From Candidatus Brocadiia bacterium (GTDB lineage Bacteria > Planctomycetota > Brocadiia > CAIUPP01): a DNA stretch of 51,728 bases. The notes beneath the pieces were generated by a model. The model was not told the origin of the DNA, made no database searches, and saw only the letters and a list, made by a program, of their open reading frames with translations. Both the position numbers and the translations under genes were made by a program. Each line of letters begins with the position of its first letter. Position 1 is the stretch's first letter. The stretch spans positions 1 to 51,728 of the forward strand of contig JBEKCB010000036.1 of assembly GCA_050015075.1 (NCBI GenBank). Reading direction: 5' to 3'. Positions 10,601-19,628 of the stretch are shown here, piece after piece.

Positions 10601-10852
10601 CAGCGCCTGCACGATGCCGACCTGCGCCTCCAGGAACTTCGGATTAAGCGCCACCGCAGCGCGGAACTCGCGGAGCGCTTCAACCGAATCCCCGTTCTCG
10701 AGATACAGCTCGCCGTCCCTGTAGTACCGCATGTCCCGCGCGTGAAACTTCAGGAAGGCGAGAATTCCTCCGCAAACGCAGAGCAAGACCGGCAGTGCGA
10801 TCCAAACGATCCAGCGCCACTTTCGTTTCGGAGGGGCAACTTGATCGGCCAA
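7649..10852 (-). CDS. Large membrane-anchored TPR-repeat protein (PrsT-like C-terminus)
   Basis: N-terminal basic stretch and TM segment followed by many TPRs; C-terminal ALNNLA...DTCGW...YHLG; TTG start with GAGGAG. Confidence 0.85.
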   Translation of the reverse strand: MADQVAPPKRKWRWIVWIALPVLLCVCGGILAFLKFHARDMRYYRDGELYLENGDSVEALREFRAAVALNPKFLEAQVGIVQALIMRKEFTRAVSEVDSAVKNGLPESDAGLLKAKIYVARADQRLAAAGEILTVAICEEAIAADVDPAIELATRCADKAKDPSDAYSQLGDIYGLKSRISVREWEILVKEYDRTRELQRNEEATAKEAEILALLPKVRSVQNEAVAAYSEAVRRDPNSSAPRVGIARYAVEAYLPRPQQARDILQPLMNRNPVPADALQFMAIAEWYAGDYDRAIEHANALLQQRVDSLPDLLMKADILIDAERWSEAADVGRKLLELDPQGGKAGLDMGRILLHEDQPNEAVNLLQNVFTDPKMKWPQARLCLAEALMRVGNVQQAVENYRKTIEDLDGVFATNVRQQSELVEARYKSCLALGGAEKEVGQRTALDNAVKAFGLFPDRPEAFQLAREQYQAAGLGLEKIEDLILLHAEAMIARGQSDRALKLLQTEYVAFKVAPGKGARIRLFIARLLAQNGSTSEAVAIYEDLRKAYPNTALYAYELARLYTQLKQDAQAKAVYESVLASEPNDMKAVSGLVEVLIRMKDVGGASAVLDRASVQAGSEQVWAVVLDSYLREGQLDQAVTLAKSYVERSPSNPVAQVALAELLWRRGDLKGARSAFDAALNLAPDFPLAQRRAYLDLQENRTSDAVALLRKVVEKSRTDEMQTFLAVALQADGKVQEAGDILKEISTSAQGPSSLLDSPRWYYAVLRAGEADLQTATALSDLLAKGDFGAPEDRLALLQAVVAAPEAVRREAAARLNLLMFLTTLAFPDAALQQADLVRKLLPDEPLAACWQAQLLDTAGNHEAAIEQYRQIIAGHPKFLRARSLLAESYQRNHEVEKAVQVLEDSLTVAKADDAAMIQLLLGKIYEDQNRLEPAIASYQAAMTQDSVKAYALNNLALLYALRRDDLESAMPLAEQAEKLDPRHPAIQDTCGWILYLKGKYDEALPKLAKAKTGLPDEPTVRYHLGKALLKVGRRDEARAELEQALAISKDFPEAADAALVLQGL

Positions 10853-10890
10853 ATTCGTCTCCTCTATGAGCGAAATCCTGACATTTCATC

Positions 10891-10919
10891 ATGTTAGCAT
10901 GACGGCTGCACCAGAGCAA
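10891..10919 (-). promoter_or_regulatory. Putative sigma70 promoter for the TPR gene
   Basis: TTGCTC-N17-TAACAT with TG extension on the minus strand. Confidence 0.4.
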
Positions 10920-11176
10920 AATCTCCGGTCGAACGCCATCCGCCGGGCCAGCGCCCTTACTAGCGCAGGCGCGCGGTCACCTAATGAGGGCCACAGGAGC
11001 AATTGAGGCGATACGTCCATAGTCAAAACTCCCTGCTTCACGCCGGTGGAGGTAAGCCCGCGCTATGAACACCCCTGCCGCGCGCAGCGCCGCGGATTCG
11101 AATGCGATTGTGCCCCGGAAATGACGCGCCCCAGCCCTGACCGAGCCATGCGGGGCGCGGCGAAGCGCGTCACGCC

Positions 11177-11896
11177 CTAAACCGCCGCGTACGCCCGGGC
11201 CAGCAGATTCTTCGAGGCGATTCTCGGCGCGTTGCGCCCTTCCACCCAGTAGAACACTCGGTGAAGCAGCCGCAGGCAGACCTCCCGCGCCCGGCCCCGC
11301 CAGGTTGTGGCGTACCAGTGCGCGCGGATCTCCACGCGGGCGAACCCGGCGACCGACAGGAGGCTCGCCAGGCTGGCCTCGGTGTAGCCGGCCTCGTGCG
11401 TCAGGTCGCCATAGAGCACGGAATTGGCGCCCAGGTACGACATGTTCACGGTTTGAACCACCAGGCAACCGCCCTTCGCGAGCCGCGAGCGCAGCTCCGC
11501 CAGAAAACCCGCCGCGCGCTCTCGCGGAATATGCTCCAGCAGGTCCAGGCAGAAAATGACCGCCCAGCCCTCCTTCGGCCCCGCGAACCGGGCCGCATCC
11601 TCGGCATCGTGCGTCTGGACGAACTCCAGCCCGCGCTCGCGACAGAGCCGCACGCACTCGGGCGAGAGATCGAATCCGCTCAGGTTCGCGTACCCCTTCG
11701 CGCGCAGGAAGGCCAGCAGATTCCCCTCGCCGCATCCCGCATCGAGAATCGGCGCATTCCGGTCCGCCGGCAGCCAGTCCGCAAGACACCGCTCCAGCGA
11801 CCGCATGATATGGGGCGTCATCTCCGGCCTGCGCCCCAGGTGCGCGCTGTAGCGCTCGAGCGTCAACTCGCGCGTCGTTTTCATCGGAGTTCCCAT
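11177..11896 (-). CDS. Class I SAM-dependent methyltransferase
   Basis: ILDAGCGEG, GFDLS and DLLEHI motifs. Confidence 0.85.
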   Translation of the reverse strand: MGTPMKTTRELTLERYSAHLGRRPEMTPHIMRSLERCLADWLPADRNAPILDAGCGEGNLLAFLRAKGYANLSGFDLSPECVRLCRERGLEFVQTHDAEDAARFAGPKEGWAVIFCLDLLEHIPRERAAGFLAELRSRLAKGGCLVVQTVNMSYLGANSVLYGDLTHEAGYTEASLASLLSVAGFARVEIRAHWYATTWRGRAREVCLRLLHRVFYWVEGRNAPRIASKNLLARAYAAV

Positions 11897-11979
11897 GCCG
11901 CGTCCGCCCTGCCCTGACCTGAAATACTACTCGGAATTTCCATAATCTTCAAATCGCGGGCCGGCGGCGTGTCAAGAAA

Positions 11980-12008
11980 TTGACTGCCCTCCGACCTTCT
12001 GCTACGAT
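11980..12008 (+). promoter_or_regulatory. Putative sigma70 promoter for the kinase-GT4-M20-rlmI run
   Basis: TTGACT-N17-TACGAT with TG extension; the ORF-track TTG start at 11980 coincides with the -35 box. Confidence 0.55.
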
Positions 12009-12075
12009 TCCAAAGCGCGCCGTGAGGCGGCCGGCGCCGCTGTCGGCTCCAGGCATTGACGAATGGTGCGACCGG

Positions 12076-12948
12076 ATGACCGTGCATTCCATCCCCAGTG
12101 AACCGCGACGAGGCGCCGCGCCACCGCGCGAGCCCGAGGCATGCGCGCCGGACCGGATTCGGGCCGAGCGCACGCCGGAAGGGCGCGTTTTTATCCGCGG
12201 GGGCATGTCGGCCGCTCAGGCGTTGCAGGCGGTCCGCGCGCACCGGAGCGTCATGTCCGGTCGAGGCGGCCAGGTCGTCAAGCGCGACGTTAAGACGAAC
12301 GTGACCTTCATCGAGTGGGACGGCTCGCTCGGCGCGGACCGGCTGTGCGTGAAGGAATTCGTCCGCGCCGGATCGCACCGCCTGTTGCCGCGCTGGATCC
12401 GGCACCGCCCTGCGATCGTGTCCTGGCGCGGCGCCCGCCGGTTGGCCGCGACGGGTATCGGCGTGCCCGACACGCTCGGACTGATCATCGGGAAAGGCGC
12501 GAGCAGCTACCTGGTCATGCGTGTGCTGGAAGGCTTCAAGTCCCTCGCGGAGTATGTGCGCGGCGCGCTGGGCCCGGCGACGCCGACGGAACGCCGGCGC
12601 GCCTTCCTCCGCGTCGGCGCGGACTTTCTCGGCAAGTGTTACTCGCTGCATATCTTCCACACCGATCTCAAGGCCAGCAACCTCTTCGTCCGGGAGATGG
12701 AAAGCGGCGCATGGGAGTTCTCGCTGCTGGACTTGGCCGCGGTGCGTTTCCCGCGCCGCATCCGCCGCGAGCACAAACTGCTCAACCTGGCTCAACTCAA
12801 CTCCTCCGTTCCGCTTGAGGTCTCCTGGACCGACCGGGCGCGTTTTCTGCGTCATCTCGCCGAGCGGGAGCCTTCGCTCGCGGACCGTTCCGCGATGGCC
12901 GAGGTTGCGCGGCTCACCCGCTCGAGGAGGTGCGTATGGTCGCGGTGA
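12076..12948 (+). CDS. Lipopolysaccharide kinase (Kdo/WaaP/InaA family)
   Basis: CVKEF, HTDLKASNL, LLDL and NLAQLN motifs; start uncertain. Confidence 0.8.
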   Translation: MTVHSIPSEPRRGAAPPREPEACAPDRIRAERTPEGRVFIRGGMSAAQALQAVRAHRSVMSGRGGQVVKRDVKTNVTFIEWDGSLGADRLCVKEFVRAGSHRLLPRWIRHRPAIVSWRGARRLAATGIGVPDTLGLIIGKGASSYLVMRVLEGFKSLAEYVRGALGPATPTERRRAFLRVGADFLGKCYSLHIFHTDLKASNLFVREMESGAWEFSLLDLAAVRFPRRIRREHKLLNLAQLNSSVPLEVSWTDRARFLRHLAEREPSLADRSAMAEVARLTRSRRCVWSR

Positions 12949-14078
12949 TGTCGCCCAGGCCGCGCGTCCTCCATCTTTTCAGCGGCTGGAACTGGGTCGA
13001 GCCGGCCCCCTCCATCGTGGACCTCTGCCGGCAGCTCGGCCGGCAGGGGCACGTCGTGGACCTGGCGTGCGCGCGCGCGCCCGAAGGCCAGCCGAATTTG
13101 ATCGAACAGAACGCACGCGAGCGCCACGTGGACCCGATCCTGGACTTCCGCCTGGAAAAGACCTTCAATCCGTTCATCAATCTCCCGGACATCCATCGCC
13201 TGACCGAATTCCTCGAGCGGGAAGAAGTCCAGATCGTGCACGTCCACACGGCGTATGACCATTACATCGGCTCGCGCGCGGCCCGCAGGGCCAATAGCCT
13301 GCCCACCGTCGTGCGGACGAATCACCTGGGCGCCCCGCTGCCGCCCACGTGGCACAACCGGCGGGTCATTCGCGGCCACACGGACGGCTGGGTCGCGCTG
13401 GCGCCCTCCTGCCGCGACGAGGACGTGCGCACCTTCAAACTGGACCCGGCACGCGCCATCGCCGTCGAGGCGCCGGTGGACCTGGAGCGCTTCAACCCGG
13501 CCGCGAGCCGCCCGGATATCCGGCCTGCGCTGGGGCTGTCGCCCGAGCACGTCGTCGCCGGGTTCGTGTCGGACTTGGAAAACGGGCAGCGTTTCGAGTG
13601 GGTCGTGCAGTCGTTCGCGAAGGCGATGCAGGCGGAGCCGTTGCTCCGTCTGCTGGTCATCGGCCGCGGGACGCAGCGCGCCGCGCCCGAACTGGGCATC
13701 GGCGACCGCGCCGTCTTCGCGGGGTATCGCGCCGCTGACTATGCCGAGCATATCGCGGCGATGGACTTCGAGATTTTCCCCGGCTCCGGCTCGGACGGCT
13801 CCTGCCCCGCCGCGCGCGAGGCGATGACGATGGGCAAGCCGGTGATCGCCGGCCGGTCAGGCCTTCTGCCCGAACTGGTTGAGGACGGCCGTTGCGGGCT
13901 GGTGGTGGACGAGTCGGTGGAGAAACTCGCCGAAGCGATCACGCGTCTGGCGCGAAACCGGGCCCTCCGCGAGAAGCTCGGCCGCGCCGCCGCCTTGAAA
14001 GCCAAAGAGAAGTTCGACATTGAGCGCCAGGCCGAGGCGATCGCCGACCTTTACCGCCGCATGACCGATGGAGCGTGA
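12948..14078 (+). CDS. Glycosyltransferase family 4 protein
   Basis: GT-B pattern (RVLHL, VDLERF, EAMTMGKPVIA, PELVEDGRCG); TGATG overlap with the kinase gene. Confidence 0.85.
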   Translation: MSPRPRVLHLFSGWNWVEPAPSIVDLCRQLGRQGHVVDLACARAPEGQPNLIEQNARERHVDPILDFRLEKTFNPFINLPDIHRLTEFLEREEVQIVHVHTAYDHYIGSRAARRANSLPTVVRTNHLGAPLPPTWHNRRVIRGHTDGWVALAPSCRDEDVRTFKLDPARAIAVEAPVDLERFNPAASRPDIRPALGLSPEHVVAGFVSDLENGQRFEWVVQSFAKAMQAEPLLRLLVIGRGTQRAAPELGIGDRAVFAGYRAADYAEHIAAMDFEIFPGSGSDGSCPAAREAMTMGKPVIAGRSGLLPELVEDGRCGLVVDESVEKLAEAITRLARNRALREKLGRAAALKAKEKFDIERQAEAIADLYRRMTDGA

Positions 14079-14081
14079 ACC

Positions 14082-15260
14082 ATGGACGCCCGGAAGCTGA
14101 TCGTCGAGTGGATGGAGCCGCGCCGGCAGGAGCTGGTGGACTTGCTCTCCCGGCTGATCGCCGCGCGCACCGAGAACCCGCCCGGCAATGAGTCGGCCGC
14201 CGCGGCGGAACTCGAGGCGTTCTTCAACCGGCACGGCATCCCATTCGAGTCGTTCGCGGCGAAGCCGGGCCGCGTCAACCTCATTGGCCGCGTCGGCTCC
14301 GGCGGCAAAACACTGCTGCTGCCCGGACACCTCGACACGGTCCCGGCCGGCGACGGCTGGACCGTCCCGCCGTTCGCCGCCACCATCCGCGGCGGCCGGA
14401 TGTGCGGCCGCGGCGCTTCCGACGACAAAGGCCCCACCGCCGCGCTCGCGCTCGCCGGCGCCTGCCTGAAGGCATGCTTTCAACTGAGCGGCACGGTCCT
14501 CCTGGCCGGCGTCGCGGATGAGGAGGTGGGCTCCGCGCTCGGACTCGAATACCTGCTCCGCGAGGGCAAGCTCGCCGCCGACTTCGCCATCGTGCCGGAC
14601 GTCGCCGGCAACATGAAGACGATTGACCTGGCCGAAAAGGGGCTGCTCTTCGTCGAGATCGTTTCGCACGGCCGCCAGGCGCACGGCTCCACGCCCGAGA
14701 AGGGCGTCAACGCGCTCTGGAACCTCATCGGCCTGCTGAATCGAATCCGGGACCGCGGCGTTCCTGCGGCGCAACATGCGCTGCTCAGCCCGCCCACCTG
14801 CAACCTGGGCATGATGAACGGCGGCGCCGCGCCGAATATCGTGCCCGGCCGCGCCTCCGCCGTGCTGGATATCCGCTTCCTGCCCGGACAGAGCGCCGAG
14901 CAGATGAAGGGCTGGCTGGCCTCGCTGATGCGCGAGGCGGAACGCGAGATCAAGGACGCGCGCTTCGAGCTTCACGAGAAATCGTCTCTGCCGCCGACCG
15001 AAATGCCCGGCGACAATCCGCTGGTGCGCATCATCCAGGACGCAGCGCGCGAGATGACCGGGCAATCGCCGAGGCCCTCCGGAATGAGCGGGGCGACCGT
15101 CGCGAAGCAGCTTATCGCGCACGGCATTATGGCGGTCGGCTTCGCCCCGGGCGATTCGGACCAGGCCCACCAGGCGGATGAAAGCGTGGACATCGAGGAA
15201 CTGGTGACGTTCGCCAAGGTCATCGCCCTCGTCGCCGTGCGGTTGCTCGGAACGCGATGA
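14082..15260 (+). CDS. M20 family metallo-deacylase (ArgE/DapE-like)
   Basis: GHLDTVP, GRGASDDKG, DEE, AHGSTP and AHQADE motifs. Confidence 0.9.
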   Translation: MDARKLIVEWMEPRRQELVDLLSRLIAARTENPPGNESAAAAELEAFFNRHGIPFESFAAKPGRVNLIGRVGSGGKTLLLPGHLDTVPAGDGWTVPPFAATIRGGRMCGRGASDDKGPTAALALAGACLKACFQLSGTVLLAGVADEEVGSALGLEYLLREGKLAADFAIVPDVAGNMKTIDLAEKGLLFVEIVSHGRQAHGSTPEKGVNALWNLIGLLNRIRDRGVPAAQHALLSPPTCNLGMMNGGAAPNIVPGRASAVLDIRFLPGQSAEQMKGWLASLMREAEREIKDARFELHEKSSLPPTEMPGDNPLVRIIQDAAREMTGQSPRPSGMSGATVAKQLIAHGIMAVGFAPGDSDQAHQADESVDIEELVTFAKVIALVAVRLLGTR

Positions 15261-15288
15261 ACGTGAACCTGCTTTAACGGAAGCCGCC

Positions 15289-16500
15289 ATGACTCCATTA
15301 TCCGGACCGGTCGTGTACCTGAACCCGCGCCGCGCGAAGCCGTTTTTTCTGCGGCATCCCTGGGTCTTCTCCGGCGCCGCCGCGCGCGTCGAGGGCTCGC
15401 CTGAAAAAGGGGCCGTCGTCACGGTCGCCGACGCAAACGGGACATTCATCGGGCGCGGAATCTACAACGCCGACTCGCAGATCCTCGTCCGGCTTCTCAC
15501 GTGGAACGCGGACGAGGCGGTGGATGACGTCTTCTGGCGCCGCCGGCTCGAGGCTGCGCTGCGGCTCCGGCGCGACGTGCTCCGGCTGCCGGAAATCGCC
15601 GATGCGTACCGGCTCGTCTTCTCCGAATCGGACGGGCTGCCCGGCCTGATCGTGGACCGATATGCGGATTTCCTCGTCGTGCAGTTCCTGGCGGCCGGCA
15701 TGGCCGCGCACCAGGAGAAACTGCTCGACCTGCTCATGGAGATCGCCTCGCCGAAAGGAATCTACGATCGAAGCGACGACGAATCGGCGGAGAAGGAAGG
15801 CATTCCCGCCGGCCGCGGCGTCCGGCGCGGGCCCGCGCCGCAGGGACCGGTTGAGATCTCCATCCGCCGCACGAAGTTCCTGGTGGACATCGCCGGCGGG
15901 CAGAAGACCGGGTTCTTCCTCGACCAGAGCGAGAACCGCGCCGCCGCGGCTGCGCACCTCAAGGGCAGGAGTGTGCTCGACGCTTTCAGCTACACCGGCG
16001 CGTTCGGGATCACCGCCGCGGTCCTGGGCGGCTGCGGGCCGGTGCTGGCGCTGGACCGGTCGGCGCCGGCGCTGGAACTGGCGCGCCGCAATTTTGAGCT
16101 CAACGGCGTGACGCAGTTCGAGGCCCGGCCCGCGCAGATCGCCGACGAACTCCGCGAGCTGAAGAAGTCCGGCCGAAAATTCGGCGCGGTGATCCTCGAC
16201 CCGCCGAAATTCGCCCGCAGCCGCCCCGGAGTCGAGCGCGCGCTCCGCGCCTACCGCGACCTCAACCTCCTCGCGATGCAGCTCCTGGAAGAGGACGGCA
16301 TCCTCGTCACCTGCTCCTGCTCCGGCCACGTCAGCCCCGGCGACTTCCTTCAGATGGTCAACGAGTCGGCCGTCGAAGCCGGCGTCACGGTCCAGGTCCT
16401 CGAGCGCCGCGGCCAGGCCTCCGACCACCCGGTCATCTCCTCCTGCGCGGAGACCGCGTACCTGAAGTGCTTCATCTGCCGCATCCAGCGCGGCGGTTGA
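15289..16500 (+). CDS. rlmI: 23S rRNA m5C1962 methyltransferase RlmI-like
   Basis: HPWVFSG PUA domain, ESDGLPGL, GQKTGFFLDQ, FSYTG, DPPKF, CSCS and YLK motifs. Confidence 0.88.
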   Translation: MTPLSGPVVYLNPRRAKPFFLRHPWVFSGAAARVEGSPEKGAVVTVADANGTFIGRGIYNADSQILVRLLTWNADEAVDDVFWRRRLEAALRLRRDVLRLPEIADAYRLVFSESDGLPGLIVDRYADFLVVQFLAAGMAAHQEKLLDLLMEIASPKGIYDRSDDESAEKEGIPAGRGVRRGPAPQGPVEISIRRTKFLVDIAGGQKTGFFLDQSENRAAAAAHLKGRSVLDAFSYTGAFGITAAVLGGCGPVLALDRSAPALELARRNFELNGVTQFEARPAQIADELRELKKSGRKFGAVILDPPKFARSRPGVERALRAYRDLNLLAMQLLEEDGILVTCSCSGHVSPGDFLQMVNESAVEAGVTVQVLERRGQASDHPVISSCAETAYLKCFICRIQRGG

Positions 16501-16564
16501 CTCGCCGCCGAGGCGGGCATCAACTGACTCTCGCCATGCTCGTCGTGGTGAGTGCAAGCGCGGG

Positions 16565-17815
16565 CTATTTCCGGAGACGCACCGGTTTCCCGCGCAGGCG
16601 CGCGTGGTCGGGAAGTCCGGCGCCGACGAGCGGCAGAGCGTAACGGCGGAAGGCGGCCGTGGGCAGCATGGTGCGGCGGTCGAAGAATCCTGCGGGGAGT
16701 TTTTTCTCCGAGTTGGCGATTTTTGCGAGCGGCGCGCAGCCGAATTCCACGCCGTATTTTCCGCCCCGGCTCCGGCGCATGACGACCATGCCGTCGGATG
16801 CGCCGCGGAGCGCGAACTGGACCGCCCACGCGCCGCACGCGCGGGCTTCGCTCAAGTCCACCTCCGAGAAATGCGCGCTCGACATCCGCTGGATGCTGCC
16901 GGGCAGGTCATAGCGGGCGCGGACGCCGAGCTTCTCCTTCAACAGCTCACACAGATACTCCGCCGCGCCGGCGAGCCGCGGATGGCCGAATGCGTCCGTC
17001 GTCGGCTTGCGCCTGCGCAGGGCCACCGGGCGGCCCTTCGCGTCGCAGACCGTTTCGGCCACGACCGCAAGGCAATAGCCGACCTCCCGAAGCGACCGTT
17101 GAACGAGGCGCAGGAATTTCTCCTCGGAGAAAGGAATTTCCGGCGGCCAGACGAGTTGCGGCGCGTCGCGCTTGGAACGCTTCGCCAGGACGGATGCGGC
17201 CGCGAGCCAGCCGGCGTTGCGCCCTTTGACCTCGATGATCTTGACCGGCTCGTTCGTCCGCATCGCTTCGGTTTCCATCCCGACATCGGCTGCGACGGAG
17301 GCGATGAACCGGGCCGCGCTGCCGTAGCCGGGCGAGTGGTCCGTCAGAGGAAGGTCGTTATCAATGGTCTTCGGAACGCAGAGGACGCTCAGCCGGTAGT
17401 CCGCCCGCCGGGCCGCGAGGGCCAGCCGGTGCGCCGTGTCGGCTGAATCGTTGCCGCCGATGTAGATGAAGAAGCGGACGTTGTTTTTTCGGAAAGTCTC
17501 GACGGCCGCTGCGGCCTCGGAATCGTTGATCTTGCGACGGCAGGACCCCAGCGCGGCGGCGGGCGCGCGGCCGACGCGGCGCAAAGAGCCTTCGGATTCG
17601 CCGGAGAGGTTGACGATGTCGCCGGAGAGCACGCCCTCGATGCCGTGCCGCGCGCCCCAGACGGCGGTCACGCGCGCCGAGCGCCGCGCCTCGGAAACGA
17701 CCCCGCGGAGGCTGGCGTTCATGACATGCGTGCACCCGCCGGACTGTCCGACGATGAGCCGGCCTTCGAGCCTCTTCCGTTGATCGCGCGTTTTCACCGG
17801 ATTCCCATTCGGCAA
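16565..17815 (-). CDS. Pyrophosphate-dependent phosphofructokinase (PfkA family)
   Basis: GQSGG, GGNDS (Asp indicates PPi type), PKTIDND and DAFGH motifs; start uncertain. Confidence 0.85.
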   Translation of the reverse strand: MPNGNPVKTRDQRKRLEGRLIVGQSGGCTHVMNASLRGVVSEARRSARVTAVWGARHGIEGVLSGDIVNLSGESEGSLRRVGRAPAAALGSCRRKINDSEAAAAVETFRKNNVRFFIYIGGNDSADTAHRLALAARRADYRLSVLCVPKTIDNDLPLTDHSPGYGSAARFIASVAADVGMETEAMRTNEPVKIIEVKGRNAGWLAAASVLAKRSKRDAPQLVWPPEIPFSEEKFLRLVQRSLREVGYCLAVVAETVCDAKGRPVALRRRKPTTDAFGHPRLAGAAEYLCELLKEKLGVRARYDLPGSIQRMSSAHFSEVDLSEARACGAWAVQFALRGASDGMVVMRRSRGGKYGVEFGCAPLAKIANSEKKLPAGFFDRRTMLPTAAFRRYALPLVGAGLPDHARLRGKPVRLRK

Positions 17816-17818
17816 CTT

Positions 17819-17846
17819 GTCCGCCGTAGCTTTAGCGAAGGCGGAC
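17819..17846. repeat. REP-like palindrome GTCCGCCGTAGCTTTAGCGAAGGCGGAC
   Basis: 7-bp outer stem plus inner GCT/AGC stem, GTAG motif, between trpS and pfk. Confidence 0.6.
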
Positions 17847-17862
17847 GGGCAATCGGCATTTT

Positions 17863-18822
17863 TTACAGCCCTACCGCTTCTCGCGCAGCCTGGAGCGTGG
17901 GGCGGCCGCTGGCGCGCGCTTTTTCCGCGCCGAGGTCGAGCACCTTCCGCACCGTCGTCAGGTCCTCTTCGAGCTCCTGGCGCCGCTCGCGCGCCTCGCG
18001 GAAATACTCGAGCATCAGGGCGAGCAGGCGTTTCTTCACCTCGCCGTACCCGATCCCGCCGGCGCGGTAACGCCGCTCGATCTCCGCTTTCTCATCCGCC
18101 GACGCCAGCAGGCTGACCAGCGCGAACAGCTTGCACTTGTCCGGATCCTTCGGCGCCTCGACCGGTGTGGAATCGGTCTGGATGGACATGATCTTCGACT
18201 TCAGCGACTTCTCCGGCTCGAAGAGGCCGAGCGTATTCCCGTAGCTCTTGGACATCTTGCGCCCGTCGGTGCCCGGCACGATCGCGGACTCGCTGAGGAT
18301 GTACGGCTGCGGCAGGCGGAACACCTCGCCGTAAATCCCGTTGAAGCGTTCCGCGATGTCGCGGCAGACCTCCACGTGCTGCTTCTGGTCCTGGCCGACC
18401 GGCACGAGGTGCGACTGGTGGATCAGGATGTCCGCCGCCATCAGCACCGGGTACGCGAACAGCCCGTGATCGGACGGCAGGCCCTGCTCGATCTTTTCCT
18501 TGTACGCGTGGCACCGCTGAAGGAGGCCCATCGGCGTGACGGTGTCGAGCAGCCAGGTCAGTTCCGTGACCTCGGGCAAGTCCGACTGGAGGAAGATCGT
18601 CGCGCGGTCCGGATCGAGGCCGAGCGCAAGATAATCCGCCGCGCAGGAGAGGCTCAGCTTCCGCAGCCGGGCCGGTTCGCGCAGGCTGGTGAGCGCGTGG
18701 TAATTCGCGACGAAGAAAAAGCAATCGTGCTCTTTCTGCATGCGCACGTACTGCCGGATCGCGCCGAAATAGTTGCCCAGGTGCAGCTCGCCCGACGGCT
18801 GAATTCCCGACAAGACCCTCAT
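17863..18822 (-). CDS. trpS: Tryptophan--tRNA ligase
   Basis: SGIQPSG-HLGN, YPVLMAADIL, VPVGQDQKQH and KMSKS motifs; ATG 18822 with AAGGAG. Confidence 0.97.
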   Translation of the reverse strand: MRVLSGIQPSGELHLGNYFGAIRQYVRMQKEHDCFFFVANYHALTSLREPARLRKLSLSCAADYLALGLDPDRATIFLQSDLPEVTELTWLLDTVTPMGLLQRCHAYKEKIEQGLPSDHGLFAYPVLMAADILIHQSHLVPVGQDQKQHVEVCRDIAERFNGIYGEVFRLPQPYILSESAIVPGTDGRKMSKSYGNTLGLFEPEKSLKSKIMSIQTDSTPVEAPKDPDKCKLFALVSLLASADEKAEIERRYRAGGIGYGEVKKRLLALMLEYFREARERRQELEEDLTTVRKVLDLGAEKARASGRPTLQAAREAVGL

Positions 18823-18867
18823 GAACGCAGACTCCTTCGTTTTTCGGATTGCCCGGCCGACGCGGCG

Positions 18868-18896
18868 ATTATAGGCGCATGCCAAGATAGTGTCAA
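18868..18896 (-). promoter_or_regulatory. Consensus sigma70 promoter of trpS
   Basis: Exact TTGACA-N17-TATAAT on the minus strand. Confidence 0.85.
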
Positions 18897-18983
18897 CGAA
18901 CGGCGCGGGCGAGTTGATTCCGCACCGCGCACGCGGTGATAATATTCTGCGGAGGCGAGGCGCTCGCCGCCGAGAGGAGAGCA

Positions 18984-19583
18984 ATGAAAGACTTCTGGCA
19001 GTCGTTTCTGCCGATGTTCGTCTCGATGGACCCGATCGGGTTGATCCCGTTCTTCGTGGCCTTCACGTCGGGGACCGCCGAGCCGAAACGACAGCGCATC
19101 ATCATCCATTCCGTCGCGACCGCGCTGATCGTCGCGCTCGCATTCCTTTTCGCCGGGCGAGCGGTCCTGCAATGGCTGGGCGTTGGGATTCCGGACTTCC
19201 TCGTTGCGGGCGGCGCGCTGCTTTTCGTATTGGCGCTGGCCGACCTGCTCGCCGCGGACAAGCCGAGTCGGACGCTTTCCTCGACCGACGAAACGCTCGG
19301 CGTCGTGCCGCTCGCGGTCCCGATGATCGTCGGACCGGCGGTGCTGGCGACCTCTCAGGTGCTGCTGAACCGATACGGCTACGCCGTCACCATAGCCGCC
19401 ATCGCCAGCAACGTCGTGTTGACCGGCGTCATCCTGCAGTGCTCGGGCATTGTCGTGCGGCTGATCGGCGCCGCCGGCGCCCGCGTCATCAGCAAGCTCG
19501 CCATGCTGATCCTGGCGGCGCTGGCGGTCATGTTCATCCGCAGCGGCCTGGCGCTCATGTCCGCCGCTTGGGGCAAGACGTGA
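18984..19583 (+). CDS. MarC family membrane protein
   Basis: MDPIG and VVPLAVPMIVGP motifs, six TM segments; GAGGAG before ATG 18984. Confidence 0.92.
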   Translation: MKDFWQSFLPMFVSMDPIGLIPFFVAFTSGTAEPKRQRIIIHSVATALIVALAFLFAGRAVLQWLGVGIPDFLVAGGALLFVLALADLLAADKPSRTLSSTDETLGVVPLAVPMIVGPAVLATSQVLLNRYGYAVTIAAIASNVVLTGVILQCSGIVVRLIGAAGARVISKLAMLILAALAVMFIRSGLALMSAAWGKT

Positions 19584-19628
19584 ACTGAGTCGCGCGTCTC
19601 AGGAATGTCCAATCCCAAATGATACAAT

